Assembly: GCF_009914755.1 (NCBI RefSeq)
Contig: NC_060927.1
Direction: 5' to 3' (one strand)
DNA from: the human T2T-CHM13v2.0 reference genome, Homo sapiens
DNA length: 64,000 nt
Shown here: positions 41,389 through 57,453 of the stretch, piece by piece
How the letters are laid out: each line of letters begins with the position of its first letter
How positions within the stretch are numbered: position 1 is the first letter of the stretch
Program-made: the position numbers and the translations under genes
Notes under the pieces: generated by a model
Databases searched by the model: none
Seen by the model: only the letters and a program-made list of their open reading frames with translations
What the model was told of the DNA's origin: nothing

Positions 41389-42439
41389 TAAACGAAGAAA
41401 AAATTTGAAGGACTCACTTCCAAATTTAAAACTTAACTACAGAGCTGCAGTAATCAAGACAGTGTGGTACTGGCACAAAGCTAGACATGTAGATCAATGG
41501 AATAGAATTGAAGATCCAGAAATAAACCCTTACATTTCTAGTCAACTGATTTTCAACAAGGGTGCCAAGACAATTCAATGGGAAAAAGAATAAGCTTTTT
41601 AACAAATGATGTCGAAACAACTGAATATCCATATGCAAAAGAGTGAATTGGACTCATTCCTCATACCATACACAAAACTTAAAATGGACATGATCCCAGA
41701 AACATGGGAAAGGGGTAAATAGGCAGTGACTACTAATGGATACAGAGTTTCTTTTGGGAGCAATGAAAATATTCTGAAATTAGATAGTGGTGATGGTTGC
41801 ACAACTCAGTGACTATACCATAAACTGACTTTAAAAGGCTTATTTTTTAGGATGCATGACTAATATCTCAAAAATATCATTATTTTAAAAACAGTATATT
41901 TACAAAGGGCTCAAAATAACATAATAAAGGCTCTAGGCCATGATTCAGTTGTGCCTTTACTGAAACCTTATATTCCCCAGGGTACCATAATTCAGAATTA
42001 TCAAATTAGACCGTGAGAAGGCTCCATATGGAATCCTGTTAATATAGTCCCTCACTGAATCACCTTAACAAAATTTCATCTGAATATTTCCCTCATAGCT
42101 TTAATCAAAGTTACTTTAGTAAATATCCATATGGAACTTACTTCTACATTTTTGCACAAATATTAAAAACATTGTCCTTCCCGTCAACATATCACTCATA
42201 GTTCCCCATATTATTAAAAAAACTTTATTATGAAAATTTAGCTACAATTTATTTCGGGAAAAGCGATTCTCCTTAGGAATTATCTTTTCTGATAATCAAA
42301 ACTACAATCGATTATGATTTCTTTTTAGCCTTAGAGGAAACTCATTTGAACCATAGCAATTATGTTGATTGAAGTAATTAACATATTTGTTTATTCATTT
42401 TTTTCTTTCTGTTTTTCTACTTCAATTCCTAATTTGCAA

Positions 42440-42622
42440 ATTTTTTTGAGACAGGGTCTCACTTTGTTGCCCAGGCTGGAGTGTAGTGGCCTTGACCTCT
42501 GGGGCTCAAGCCATCCTCGCACCTCAGCCTCTCAAGTAGCTGGGACGATGGGCACACGCCACCATGCCTGGCTAATTTTTTGACGTTTTGTTGAGACAAG
42601 ATCTCACTATGTGTCCCAGGAT
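42440..42622 (-). mobile_element. Partial AluJ
   Basis: Antisense right monomer and part of the left. Confidence 0.85.
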
Positions 42623-42745
42623 GGATATAATTTGCAATTTTATTGCATAGAATTTTGGTGTAAGTCACCTCAAACCCTGATATTCAAAGGATTTGTCAAG
42701 GAGTCTTGTCTAAGGTTCAGTATTTAATTGAGCCTCACATTAAAT

Positions 42746-42965
42746 CAAAGTTTCTCTAACTAGGCACCATTGACATTTTGAGCTAGATGATTCTTTGCTG
42801 TGGGGGCTGGGGCTGTCCTGTGCACTGCAGGGTGTTGAGCAGCATCCTTGGCTTCTACCCACTAGATAGCAGTAGCAGCTCCTTAGTTATAACAACCAAA
42901 AATGTAATCAGACAGTGCCCGATGTCCCTGCAGGGCAAAATTACCCCCAGCTAAGAACTACTGCA
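42746..42965. mobile_element. MER20 (hAT-Charlie)
   Basis: GGCACCATTGACATTTTG..GGCTGTCCTGTGCACTGCAGG..AGCAGCATCC..CCACTAGAT..GGCAAAATTACCCCCAGCTAAGAACTACTG. Confidence 0.9.
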
Positions 42966-43005
42966 TTAAATCACCCTTGAAAAACTGACCCCCACCACTA
43001 TTTCA

Positions 43006-43302
<297 letters not shown>

Positions 43303-43467
43303 GAAGTTCATCATGTTAGATAATAGGTAGCTAGGTAGATAGATACACAGATAGATACTCACACTCTGTTCACTTACATGAGATGAATTGAAGGTGTGTC
43401 TGCACTTACTATCAATTCCTAAAGCAGAGCCGCTTCTATCTGAGTTTACATAGAAAGAATTTTCTAG

Positions 43468-43784
43468 GGCTGGGCCTGGTGGCTCATGCGTGTAATCCCA
43501 GCACGTTGATGAAGCTGAGGCAGGCAGATTGCTTGAGCCCAGGAGTTCAAGAGCTGCATGTGTAACATGGCAAACCCTTGTCTCTACAAAAAAACACAAA
43601 AATTAGCCAGGCATGGTGGCGCACACCTGTAGTCCCAGCTACTCGGGGGGCTGGGGCAGGAGGATCACCTGAGCCCAGGAGGTTGAAGCTGCAGTGAGAT
43701 GTGACTGTGACGCTGCACTCCAGCCTGGGCGACAGAGTGACAGACCCTGTCTCAAAAAAACAAACAAAAACAAACAAACAAAAA
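43468..43784 (+). mobile_element. AluJ with (CAAA)n tail
   Basis: Dimeric Alu with J-type diagnostics. Confidence 0.93.
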
Positions 43785-44546
43785 GATTTGCCAAGAACTA
43801 CAGAACTCTCGAGAGAAATGGAGAGCTTAAAAAAAAAATTCTAATCTGTTATCTCATTTGAGCCCAATAATCCATCAAAAATAAAACTGTTGTTATTTCA
43901 TTTTTTAGATGAGGAAATTGAAGTCCAGAGAATAAAAATAGTCAACTTCCAGACTAAATTCCAAATTCAGTGTTGATCCTTTCACAGCGAGGGAAAATGG
44001 GTCTGTTTCTCTCCCTGTCTCTATATAACCACAAATCCCTCCCTAGGTGATCCTCCCTGGGGATGGAGTCCTAGAAAGCCAAAGACAGTCTTCTAAAGAG
44101 CCAACAGCCTAAATTGGCATTTAATCCAGTCAACATCTAGAAAATGGATTACTACTTCCCAGATTATGTTGTACTTTAATTAAAGCTCGCAAATTACTTT
44201 TAGATCTAGTTTCTCCTTTGCAAGGAATACAGGCGATAGAGGAAGAAGTTAGAGGACACTAGCAGTCACATCCAGAAGCAGGACATTCTATAAGACATGG
44301 TCTTTACTGAAGGAGCAGGATTGAAAAAAAAGACAAATGGTCTGAACTTTTCTGAAGAATCATTATCAAGAAAATAAACAATCAAAAACAAAACCATGGA
44401 GAGATGGTTTCAGAAAAAAATAGACTAGCAAAACCTCAGAATCAAATGTAATATGTGAACCTTGATTGGATCCTGGTAATGTGTAAAAGGAATTATGTTG
44501 AAGGAATTCTTAGAATGAAGGGAATTTGAATGTGGCTGGATATGAG

Positions 44547-45001
44547 TGTAGAGGTCAGTTTGTTAGAGTTGTAAGAATCAAAATGGAGTCACTTGTGTTT
44601 AAAAACAAAACAAAAAACTGACAAATGGAGCCAGAGAAGGCTATGAAGGGAGAGTTCTCGTGCATAAGTGCCTGAAAACAAAAACTATCACAAAAGTCTG
44701 CAAAAATTGCAACCTTGCACACAGGTCATCGGAGCCTTACACAAAAAAATACTTCTGCGAGGACATCTGCCAAAACAACTGGCTGTTCAACCTCAAACTG
44801 GCGTCACCCTTGTTACTGATCTTTGTTGGCAAGGATAATTATCTCAAAACAATTATATAATCCTCAGTTTTCCTTTAAAAACCTTCGTCTTCTTTAACCT
44901 TTACATAGTTCACTATGGCATGCATATTCCCATTGCAATGATACATACCCAGATGAATATTATTTTTTTAGAGTGCCTCTCTATTTGATATTTAGGTCAA
45001 C
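44547..45001 (+). mobile_element. MER34-family (ERV1) solo LTR within an L1M 3' fragment
   Basis: AAAATGGAGTCACT..CTGACAAATGGAGCC..CTTCTGCGAGGACATCTGCC..CCCATTGCAATG resemble MER34 LTRs. Confidence 0.7.
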
Positions 45002-45262
45002 TAGTGTTAATTTTCTGGTATAACAGGAAACTGTTCTTATTCTTAAAAGATACATGCTGAAAATATTTTGGGATAAAGTGTCATGATTGCTGTAACTTTC
45101 AAAGGGTCAACAACAACAAAACGATGATATTGGTAAAGTATTATATATAGAGAAAATATTAACATTTTTAAAAATTTAAATGAAAGATGTACAGGAGTGT
45201 GCTGTACTGGTCTTCCGTTTCTCTGAATGTATGAAACATTTCCATAATAGAAAGTTGTGGGG

Positions 45263-45573
45263 AGCCAGGCATGCTGGTTCACACCTGTAATCCCGGCACT
45301 TTGGGAGGCCAAGGCAAGCGGATCACCTGAGGTCAGGAGTTTGAGACCAGCCTGACCAACATAGTGAAACCCCTGTCTCTACTAAAAATACAAAAATTAG
45401 CCGGGCGTGGTGGCAGGTACCTGTACTCCCACCTACTCAGGAGGCTGAGGCAAGAGAATTGCTTGAACCTGGGAAATGGAAGTTGCAGTGAGCCGAGATT
45501 GTGGCATTGTACTCCAGCTCTGTCTCCTTTTGAGACAGCAAGACTCCGTCTCAAAAAAAAAAAAAAAAAAAAA
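45263..45573 (+). mobile_element. AluS
   Basis: TSD-like GAAAGTTGTGGGGA/GAAAGTTGGGGGA. Confidence 0.95.
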
Positions 45574-45607
45574 GGAAAGTTGGGGGAAATGATCAAGCCT
45601 CCTTAAT

Positions 45608-45812
45608 GCAGGGATTCTGAATGAGTAGTTCATGGTTCACCTTGCAGGGAGATGGGGCCCCATGGTTGTGCTTTAAGGATGCTGTGGACTCCCTACAATG
45701 TCAGCAACTGCTGTGTGCACCTGTAGCTCTCCATTTCTCTCGAGAGAAGTCCTGTAGTTCTTCGCAAATCCTTTTCAAAGGGGACTCGTGATTCCAGAAG
45801 CATCGAAGCCTT
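45608..45812 (+). mobile_element. Ancient hAT MITE remnant (MER103-like)
   Basis: GGGCCCATGG..GAGAGAAGTCCTGTAG..TTCAAAGGGGACTCGTGA resembles the consensus; highly diverged. Confidence 0.45.
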
Positions 45813-46129
45813 GAGGCTTGCCTGGAGATTTTAGGTCTGGTGGCTGCAGATGCATATGAGATGTGGACTGCAAGATATTTCTCTACTGTTCAAATCACGT
45901 GTTGGAGGCGACTCCCTAAAGTCATAGGATCTCAAAATTGAAAGGAGCCTTAGGAATAACCTAGTTTTCAGCACCGAAGCGAAGCTCTCAAGACTTTGTC
46001 AAAGGTCAGGCAGTTAACTTAATGGCCGCAGGAAAAGCAAAGTCCAGGTCTCCCCTCTGCTTCTGCAAAGAACCGGTTCTGTTGGTCCAGTCGCTTGAGT
46101 TCCTACATGAACCCAAAAAAACCAGTGAA

Positions 46130-46970
46130 CATCCTTCTGCAGGCTACAAAGCACTACGATCTGCTTCCCTCCCTACCTCCTTCTCCTGACATCCCCTCCT
46201 CCTGTCCTGCCCAGGTTCACTCCTCGCCCACCACGTGGTCTGCTTAGGGCTCCCACACAGCAAGCATGTGCCCCCTTAGGGCCTGCGTCCTGGCTGCTCC
46301 CTCTCCTCGCTGCTCTTCCTCCCAGTACTCGGTTGGTTACTGCCCCATCTTCGTCAAGCTGCCCACGTCTCACCTACTCCATGTGATTTACCCTGACCGC
46401 CCTGTTCAACACTGTAACTCCCTCCACCCCCGCCCCCCACCCCACCAGCAATACTCAGTTCCGCTGCTTATTTTTCCCATAGCACGTGTCACCTTCTAAT
46501 ACCCTATACAATTTGTCAGTTTTTTCCATTTGAGTATAAGCTCCACCAGGGCAGAGATCTTTGTTTTATTTGCTGATATATCCCAAGAGCCTAGAGCAAT
46601 GCCTGGCACAGAGAAGGTACTCAATACCGAAAACTCTTTTCTTTTTTTTTTTTTTTTTTGAGGCAGAGTCTCACTCTGTCACCTAGGCTGGGGTGCAGTG
46701 GCACGATCTGGGCTCAAAGCAACCTCTGCCTCCCAGGTTCAAGCGATTCTCCTGCCTCAGCCTCCTGAGTAGCTGAGACCACAGGCGTGCGCCACCGCAC
46801 CCAGCTAATTTTTTTGTATTTTTACTAGAGATGGGGTTTCACCATGTTGGCAGGGCTGGCCTTGAACTCCTGGCCTTAAGTGATCAGCCTGCTTTGGCCT
46901 CCCAAAGTGCTGGGATTACACCACGCCCAGCCACAATACTGAAAACTTGCTGAATGAATGAATGAATATT
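46130..46970 (+). mobile_element. L2 3' end interrupted by an antisense AluS (46637-46932)
   Basis: ATAAGCTCCACCAGGGCAGAGA..GCCTGGCACAGAGAAGGTACTCAATA..TGAATGAATGAATGAAT; Alu TSD CAATACYGAAAACT. Confidence 0.85.
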
Positions 46971-47645
46971 CTCTCTCTGAAAATTAGGACATAATTCCAA
47001 TTTAAGTCCCGATAAAAGGAGCCACGAAGAGGCAAAAGAATTAGGCAGGAAAGGTTGGGGTAGTGGTTACACTAGATGCTTTACAGTTATTTATAGGGCA
47101 GGACTTAAACTCTTGGTTTGATAAAATATATGAAGGAGCATATAACTGACAGCTCAGCTCCGTTTTGCAAAGTGTCAGCCAGCACTTCTCTCTACACAAA
47201 ACAGATTAGTAACATCTCTTCCTGCCAGAGGGCTTACATGTTGCAATTCTCTTGTAAAAAGTTTCTGAATATTTAATAGTTGAAGTTGAATGACTTTCTA
47301 ATAGGGTGTTGATTTACTACATCACTGACATAATTAAGAGGTATCAATTCAGGTCTGTTGGGATTAAGTTTATAACCCCCAAAGGTAAGCTTTCCGAGCC
47401 AAGCAAGTCAGAAAACAACAAGCACGTGATGCAGAGGAACATTGACACACCAGCTGAAGCCTCTGCAGCTGTGTTTTCCTAAGATTCCCACCTTTGCTGC
47501 AGGCCCAGTGGGTGTCACCTTGTTCTGAGTGTGGGAGTGAAGCTACGGTGAACCCACAGCGTTAAGCCCGCGGTGGGGGACCCTGTGGGGGTCCCACAAA
47601 CAGTCACCCTGAAGTTTTAAGCTTGGGAAGGAGACCCTGACCTAG

Positions 47646-48428
<783 letters not shown>

Positions 48429-48464
48429 CTCACTAGTGACTTTTCATTGCAAGTGTGCGTGCAC

Positions 48465-48827
48465 CAGGCACACTCCCACCTCAGGGCCTTTGCACTTGCT
48501 GTGCCCTCTGCCTCTACCAGTAGCCCTATGGCTTTTGCTTCCTTACCTTTTTCAGGTCTTTGTTTAAACATCCCCTCCTCACTGAGGCCTACAGTTGAAA
48601 TCCCTTCCCCTTGGCACGCTTTATCCCCCTGTCCTGATCTGTTGTTTTTTTTTCCATAGCATGAATCACCATCTGCCATATTATAGATGGTAGTTTATTG
48701 ATTGTCTATCTCCCCCTCCCCACTAGAATGTAATGTCTACAAGGGCATTTTATCCACTGTTCTCCATGTCTAGAACTTTACTGGCATATAGAATATACTT
48801 TAAAGATGTTTATCATTGAATGAATGA
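48465..48827 (+). mobile_element. L2 3' end
   Basis: CCTCAGGGCCTTTGCACTTGCTGT..CACTAGAATGTAA..TGAATGAATG. Confidence 0.85.
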
Positions 48828-48999
48828 CTCTTGCTCCACTCACAAAGTGTAAATGTGTCTCCCAAGCCTATCCTTACCCTGCTTAACACTAGTCCTGATT
48901 ATCCCCCATGCCGACAGCTTGCCTGTGTGGACTCCTGCCTGCTCTCTGTGCCAGGATCCCGTGACATGAAACAGAATAAGTGCTTCATAAACGGGAGTG

Positions 49000-49650
49000 A
49001 CACTAGGCGTGGTGGCATGCATCTGGAGTCCTAGCTACGCGGGAGGCTGAGGCAGGAGGATTGCCTGAGCCTAGGAGTTGGAGGCTCTAATGCACTTGGA
49101 TAGCACCTATGAATAGCCAGTGCCCTCCAACCTGGGCAACATAGTGAGCTCTTGTCACCAAAAAAAAAAAAAAAAAAGCTAGAAGAGAATAATTTGAATA
49201 TTTCTAGCACAAAGAAAAGACAAATATTTAAGATAATGGATAGCCCAGTTACACAGATTTGATCTTTACAAATTATATGAATGTATTAAATTATCATGGC
49301 TGGGTGCAGTGGCTCACACTTGTAATCCCAGCACTTTTGGAGGCTGAGGTGGGTGGATCATCTGCGGTCAGGAGTTCCAGACCAGCCTGGCAAACACGGC
49401 AAACATGTACTAAAAATACAAAAAATTAGCCAAGTGTGGTGGCAGGCACCTGTAATCCCAGCAACTCAGGAGGCCGAGGCGGGAGAATTGCTTGAACCTG
49501 GGAGGCAGAGTGCTTGCAGTGAGCCGAGACCGCACCACTGCTTTGTAGCCTGGGCAACAGAGTGAGATGCCATTTCAATAATAATAATAAACTATCACAT
49601 GTAACCCCCAAATATGTACATCATTGTGTATCAATAAAAATAAATAAATG
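49000..49650 (+). mobile_element. Alu monomer, then L1MA-type 3' end interrupted by an AluS (49298-49590)
   Basis: GAAAAGACAAATATTTAAGATAATGGATA..TATCACATGTAACCCCCAAATATGTACA; Alu TSD AAATTATCA/AAACTATCA. Confidence 0.85.
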
Positions 49651-50098
49651 TGAATAAATGACTGAGAGTATGAATAATGCCATCCCTCCAGCGCCCTTGC
49701 ACTGTGGTTCTCCAGCACCTGCTACTTAGGTTTCTTCAGATACCAGCTGCTCTGGGAGCTATACCTTGTTTCAGGATCTCAGTCACTGCCTTCAGCAGCC
49801 CACTATCTGATCCAAGCAGCCATGGATTCTCTTTTGTATCCAGTCACTCCTGTACCCTCTTCCCTTTTAGGTTTTGCTACTGTCTTCAAACTTGCTTTGA
49901 AGATTTGAGCTCCTGTGTCACCAGGTCACCCTCAGAGGCATCAGGACATGCTCTTCAAGTAAAGTCCAAATGAGGGATTAGACACTCTGGGCTTCATTTC
50001 TCAGTGTCCTCTCTCAAGAGCTAGACTATTACTTGCATTTCTCATCTCCTTGAATCATCAGCGCCTGGTGCTATCATTTAAAATAGGGAAAGTTATGA

Positions 50099-50423
<325 letters not shown>

Positions 50424-50872
50424 TAGAAAGAAAAAAGAAAGAAACAAAAACAAATAAAATAGGGAAAGATGATTAGTAAGTCTCTTCCTTTCCAGGGCCT
50501 TAGTTTTCCTACCTGTAAAATACAGAGCATGGTATTTTTGGAGTCCATGAATCCACCAAGCACAGTATCATCTTTGCATGGTGCTTTAAAGTATATAAAA
50601 CATTTTAGACAAACAAGATCTTATTTAACAAAAAAATGCCCAATAAATGTTTGCTAACAGAAATGATAATGCTGATTCTGTGTGAGCTGAAAGAAGCCTG
50701 TTGAAGGTGAATGTGTCGTCTATCATTAAGTCTGAGGACCAATTAAAGTTAAAACAAGTATGAGTCACTAAATGTTAGAATTAATTTTGAATCCCTTAGT
50801 TTAATTCCTACATGTTGTCAATGCCTGAGGGAAATGGTCTAGCCACAGGTGCCAGCTCATAAGAAACGGGAA

Positions 50873-51180
<308 letters not shown>

Positions 51181-51904
51181 CAAGAGAGAGAGGGCACCGT
51201 CTCTGTGGTACTATTTGGCTGTGTTACATAACTGGCATTTTATTTGGAAAAAAAAAATGTCCTCCAAGGGGTTCATTTCCTCAGATCAAATGTCATTCCA
51301 GGTGTTGGTATGCATTCGACGCGTGCATTCTTCAGCCCTGGTTATTCTGTTTTATTTTATGTAAAACTCTATTTCAAAATACAGGTCTTCCCAGAAGACT
51401 GGGTGCCCATTCTCCTTCAGGCTGTGCTAAATGGAAGGTGCTAAACACCTGCCTGAGGCCACGTCCAGGCCACACACCTGGGCAGGTGATGCTCCACCTC
51501 CTACCCCCAAGTGCACCCTCTGGGTAAACACAGGCTCTGCTGGGCCCCAGCCACCACCAAGTGTTCTGGTTTCACTGTTGCTAAGGATAGTGAACTTTTT
51601 AAAACAACCTTCCTTTCTTCTCTAATCTGGTAGAAAAACAAAAGCCCAGTCAGGAACCAACCAAGTGGAAGAGAGTGCAGCTGAATAAAATCAACATTGC
51701 ACTTGGCTTTCTCTGACACCAGTTCCCAGAATCTCTTGAGTGATGGGAGGATCCATGCAGGGGTTGTTTTGGAGAGCCTGGCCAAGGGGTCTCTTGCAGG
51801 GCCTGAAGTCCAACATTTAAGGGAGCAGGAAAAAAGAAGAAGGAGGTTTCCTCTTCTCATATTGCTGCCTCTTCCCATCACCTCTCCTTGAACCTCAAGA
51901 AAAG

Positions 51905-52350
<446 letters not shown>

Positions 52351-52830
52351 AAATTAAATAAATTTTAAAAATCTTTTTTTCTTTCTTTCTTTCTTTTTCT
52401 TTTTTTCAAAGAAGTCTCCTAAGAGCCAGGCTATTAGCACTATCCTCCCTTTCAAGTGCTATACAGTGATCAGGTGAAACTGGAGAACATCTGAGTTGGG
52501 AGAGAATTCTAAGATCTCAAGTGTAAAAGCTTAATTTCACTGACTAAAAACTGAAGTCCAGAAAAGGAAAGAGGTTTTTGGCAAGGGGACACAGCCAACT
52601 GGTGGCAGAGCTGGCAATAGAACCCAGGATCCTTTTGACAACCCCCACCCCACATACACACATCCTCCCAAAGTGTGATCTTGCTCCAAAAAGCTAGCTT
52701 CTCTCCGAGTTTTCGCGTTTCTATCAGAAGCCCCCTCATCCTTTTCTTTTTCTCCCCCCTTTATGGCTATCTATCTTCTACAGGAAGGACAGAAGCCCTT
52801 TTCTTCTCAGTGAATAAGATTGGGAATCTT

Positions 52831-53137
<307 letters not shown>

Positions 53138-53369
53138 GATTGGGAATCTTGAGAAACTAAAAGAAAAGGGCAAATACTTAAAGAAAAAAGAAAAGACTGG
53201 GAATCTGAGAGTCATTCTTAGGTATTTTTGTTATCCCACGTGTGCAAGTAATGATTCCTATTGAGGCTTGCTTTAAAATATCTTACTCTCTATTCCACCC
53301 TTGCCTTCAGTCTGTGCCTGCTGCTGCCCCCTACCTCTGACCTCTCTCCAGGCCACCCGGTAGATAGCT

Positions 53370-53970
<601 letters not shown>

Positions 53971-54461
53971 TGCGTTTCTCTGAAGCACCCATACGACCAT
54001 GTCACTCCTGTGCTCAAGTCTCTTCAGTGCCTCCCTTCTGACTGTGGTCGTTCAAATTCCTACTTGGGCATTAAAGGCTCTTCAGTGGTTTGTCTCTCGC
54101 TCTCCTGCAGGTAAGTTTATGCGCTTTGCTGTGTCTCACGTCCCTCCTCTATTACTTGAGTGTGATAATACCCTCTCATGAGGCTGCCACGAGGATTAAA
54201 GGAGGTCACTCAGCACAAAGTGACACAATTGGTGTTAGTGATCATTTAGTTACCTTTGTACTGTTTCTCCCAACTTACTTAGAGGACTCCTCTGACCAGA
54301 ATGTTGCTGCAAATAAACAGTGCTTGTTGCTAAACTGAATGCGAATGTAAATTTTCCCTTCCTAGAAATGTTCCCCACTCCCATATGCCAACATCTCCAA
54401 ATCCGTCCAAACCCAACCATCCTCCAATCACTCTACTTCACTGCCCCCACCCCCCCACTAA

Positions 54462-54845
<384 letters not shown>

Positions 54846-54887
54846 TAAGCATTTATCAAGTGCTTACTCTAATAATAACAATGCCTG

Positions 54888-55173
54888 TACAGACAGTCCC
54901 TGAGTTAATGGTGACTGACTTAATGATATTTTCAGTTGATGATGGGTTTACAGGGATATAACCCCATCTTACACTTGCTTGGTTATTTTTTTTTTTTTGT
55001 CTTTTTTTTTTCCTTTCTGTGGAGAACGGCGTCTTGCTGTATTGCCCAGGCAGGTCTCGAACTTCTGGGCTCAAGCTATCCTCCCACCTCCTCCTCCCTA
55101 ATAGTTGGGATTACAGGCATGAGCCACCATGGCCAGTGGACGTAACCCCAACTTAAGTCGAGGAGCATCTGTA
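54888..55173. mobile_element. MER47/Tigger5-like MITE interrupted by an antisense Alu monomer
   Basis: TA|CAGACAGTCCCTGAGTTA ... TAAGTCGAGGAGCATCTG|TA termini with TA TSD. Confidence 0.8.
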
Positions 55174-55366
55174 TTTGACTTGATACTTTACGAAGGGCTC
55201 CATACCACAGCTCTGCATCTGTAAATCCTCACAAAAGGCTTGGAAGGGGTTCCCATTTTTAGGCTGCCCTAGTTTTACCAGCTGGTGGTAAACCCTGGTG
55301 TCAGCACCAGCATTCCTGGGGATCCAGAGGTGATGCTGACAGGACCCCCGTCTTCAGGGCATGTAT

Positions 55367-55817
55367 TGCTGGGTCTGTCCCGCAGACCCTGGCTGACAGA
55401 TGAAATGAGTACTCAGACAGAGGTATGCAGTGTAAGAGCAGCTAGGCGACTGCCTGGCTCTAGTGTCCAGAGAGCAGCCCGAGAGCTGGAGCTGCTTGCT
55501 TTTATTCAGTGCAGGCACAATGACGAAAACCTGGAGCCAACACAACCTGCAGGTAATTAACATTTATCATTCCCTTTTCAGGCAACATCATGCACGCGGA
55601 TGATCAACAGTCAGTTCCTGGTCAACATAAGTAAACAAGCCTGTTTAAGATAAATTCCCCCACACTCCCTTGTACCTACTCCTTGCCCTCTGCCCCAGGG
55701 TTATAGAACAGCTGCTTTCTGCTATTCTCCCCCCAGGCTCTGCAGAACCTTCTGACCTTTCAGAAGGTTTGCATCCTTTCCCTATAGTTTTTCCACCGCT
55801 CTGACCAGTCCCCCACA
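55367..55817 (-). mobile_element. LTR22-family (HERV-K HML-5) solo LTR
   Basis: - strand TGTGGGGGACTGGTCAGAGCGGTGGAAAAACTATAGGGAAAGG...CCCAGCA; TG..CA ends; AATAAA ~55506; 6-bp TSD ATGTAT/ATATAT. Confidence 0.8.
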
Positions 55818-56599
55818 ATATATAGCCTTGTATGCAAAGCCAGGCCTGTCCATGCAGGGTGACCATCCAAGGTAGACAGTGGCAAAATCTGGTGGAGGCA
55901 TCAGAGATAGTGCCATCAGTTTGCTGGAACAAGCATATCAAGGAGCCTGGCAGATCTACACTTCACCAGACGGTGCCTGTAGCCAACAGGGCAGGCCCTT
56001 GCTCCAGGGAAACACTCAGAAATCAAAACTCCTTGCTCTGCTGCCAGGGAACTCTCCAGGAGATCCTCAGTGTCATCAGAAGCTGAAAAAAACAGTGCTG
56101 AGAAACGTGGCCTGCCGTCTTTCCAGCTAAGGGAGATGGCCCATTCGACCCTGGGTTGTCCTCTGCAAACGTGCTGCTGCAGGTTGCATGGCACCATCTC
56201 CTGATTGCAATTTGCTTTCCTGAGGGAGTGAACTGACTGAAATTGGATGGTAATAAGTTGCTAGGTTATTTTCCACTTTTTAGTTTATGAGGCTTATTCA
56301 TTTTGCTTTAACATTAACCACTGCCTTCCTTTTAAGGAGCTGGTGAGGCAGCGCATGGCAACAGGTTCAGGGTGAGGAGTGGCACCACCTCCTTTCAGTG
56401 AGGATTTGGGAAGGGTGAAAAGCACCCTAATCTTCTCAGCCGCATGTGAACAAACCACCTGTCAAGGTGGGTCCTTCCTATAGGGAGGTTGATGTCAGCC
56501 CTTCAGGGAGGTCTCAGTTTTCTTCCTCCACTTCCTAATCCCTTCATTATAATTCCTTCCACAACAGAATAAGTTTCTTGAGCAATGCAGCAATATCCA

Positions 56600-57450
56600 G
56601 CAATTTTAGATAGACATTTACCTTTTGACCTAGAAATCTCACTTCTACGAATCCATCCTAAAGACACACTCTCAGCTGGATGTGGTCGCTCATGCCTGCG
56701 ATCCTAACACTCTGGGAGGCTAAAGTGGAAGAATCTCTTGGGCTCAGGAGCTCAAGACCAGCCTGGGCAACATAGCAAGACCCTATCTCTAAAAAAAATA
56801 AAAATAAAAACGGCACACAGTCAAAAATTCAAAAATTAATATACATAAGGCTATTTATTACAGAAACATTGGTAGTAGCAAAAGACTGGAAATAACTCAA
56901 TGCCCATCAATAGGGAACGGAGTAAATAAACTAGGATACCTACACATAATGGAGTGCCATGCAGCTTTGAAAGGAAATGAGGCATATTTCTATGTTCTAT
57001 GTTGTGATCACCAGAATATAACCTAATGAGTAAAAAGCCAGGTGAAGAAAATTCTGATAATATGCTATCATTGGAGAGGGGAATATGAATATACCATACA
57101 TCACATAGGAGGAGAGAGGAAATAAAGTGAGAGGATTGGGATAGAAGCTAGACTTTTCTAAATATATCTTGTTTTATAGATTTATGTTGGAAGTTTGTGG
57201 ATATAGTACTTTAGAAAAGTATAAAACCAAATTAGACTTGACAAAATGAAACAAGTCAATCTGTTGAGTTGATGGTGTAACTACACAGTGAGAAACTATT
57301 GCAAATGACCTTAACACTCAGGAATTCCACTGTATATTCCTAATGGGAGATCCCCTAATGACCAAACTCAAACCCAGTCCAACCAAACCAAAAAACCTTG
57401 TAAAATATCTGAAACCATTTTTAGTAATGAAATGAGAAATGTGGTCGTGT
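56600..57450 (+). mobile_element. Old L1M 3' region with an Alu monomer (56675-56810)
   Basis: CCTTTTGACCTAGAAATCTCACTTCTA..GCAAAAGACTGGAAA..TGCCCATCAATAGGGAA. Confidence 0.8.
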
Positions 57451-57453
57451 TGG

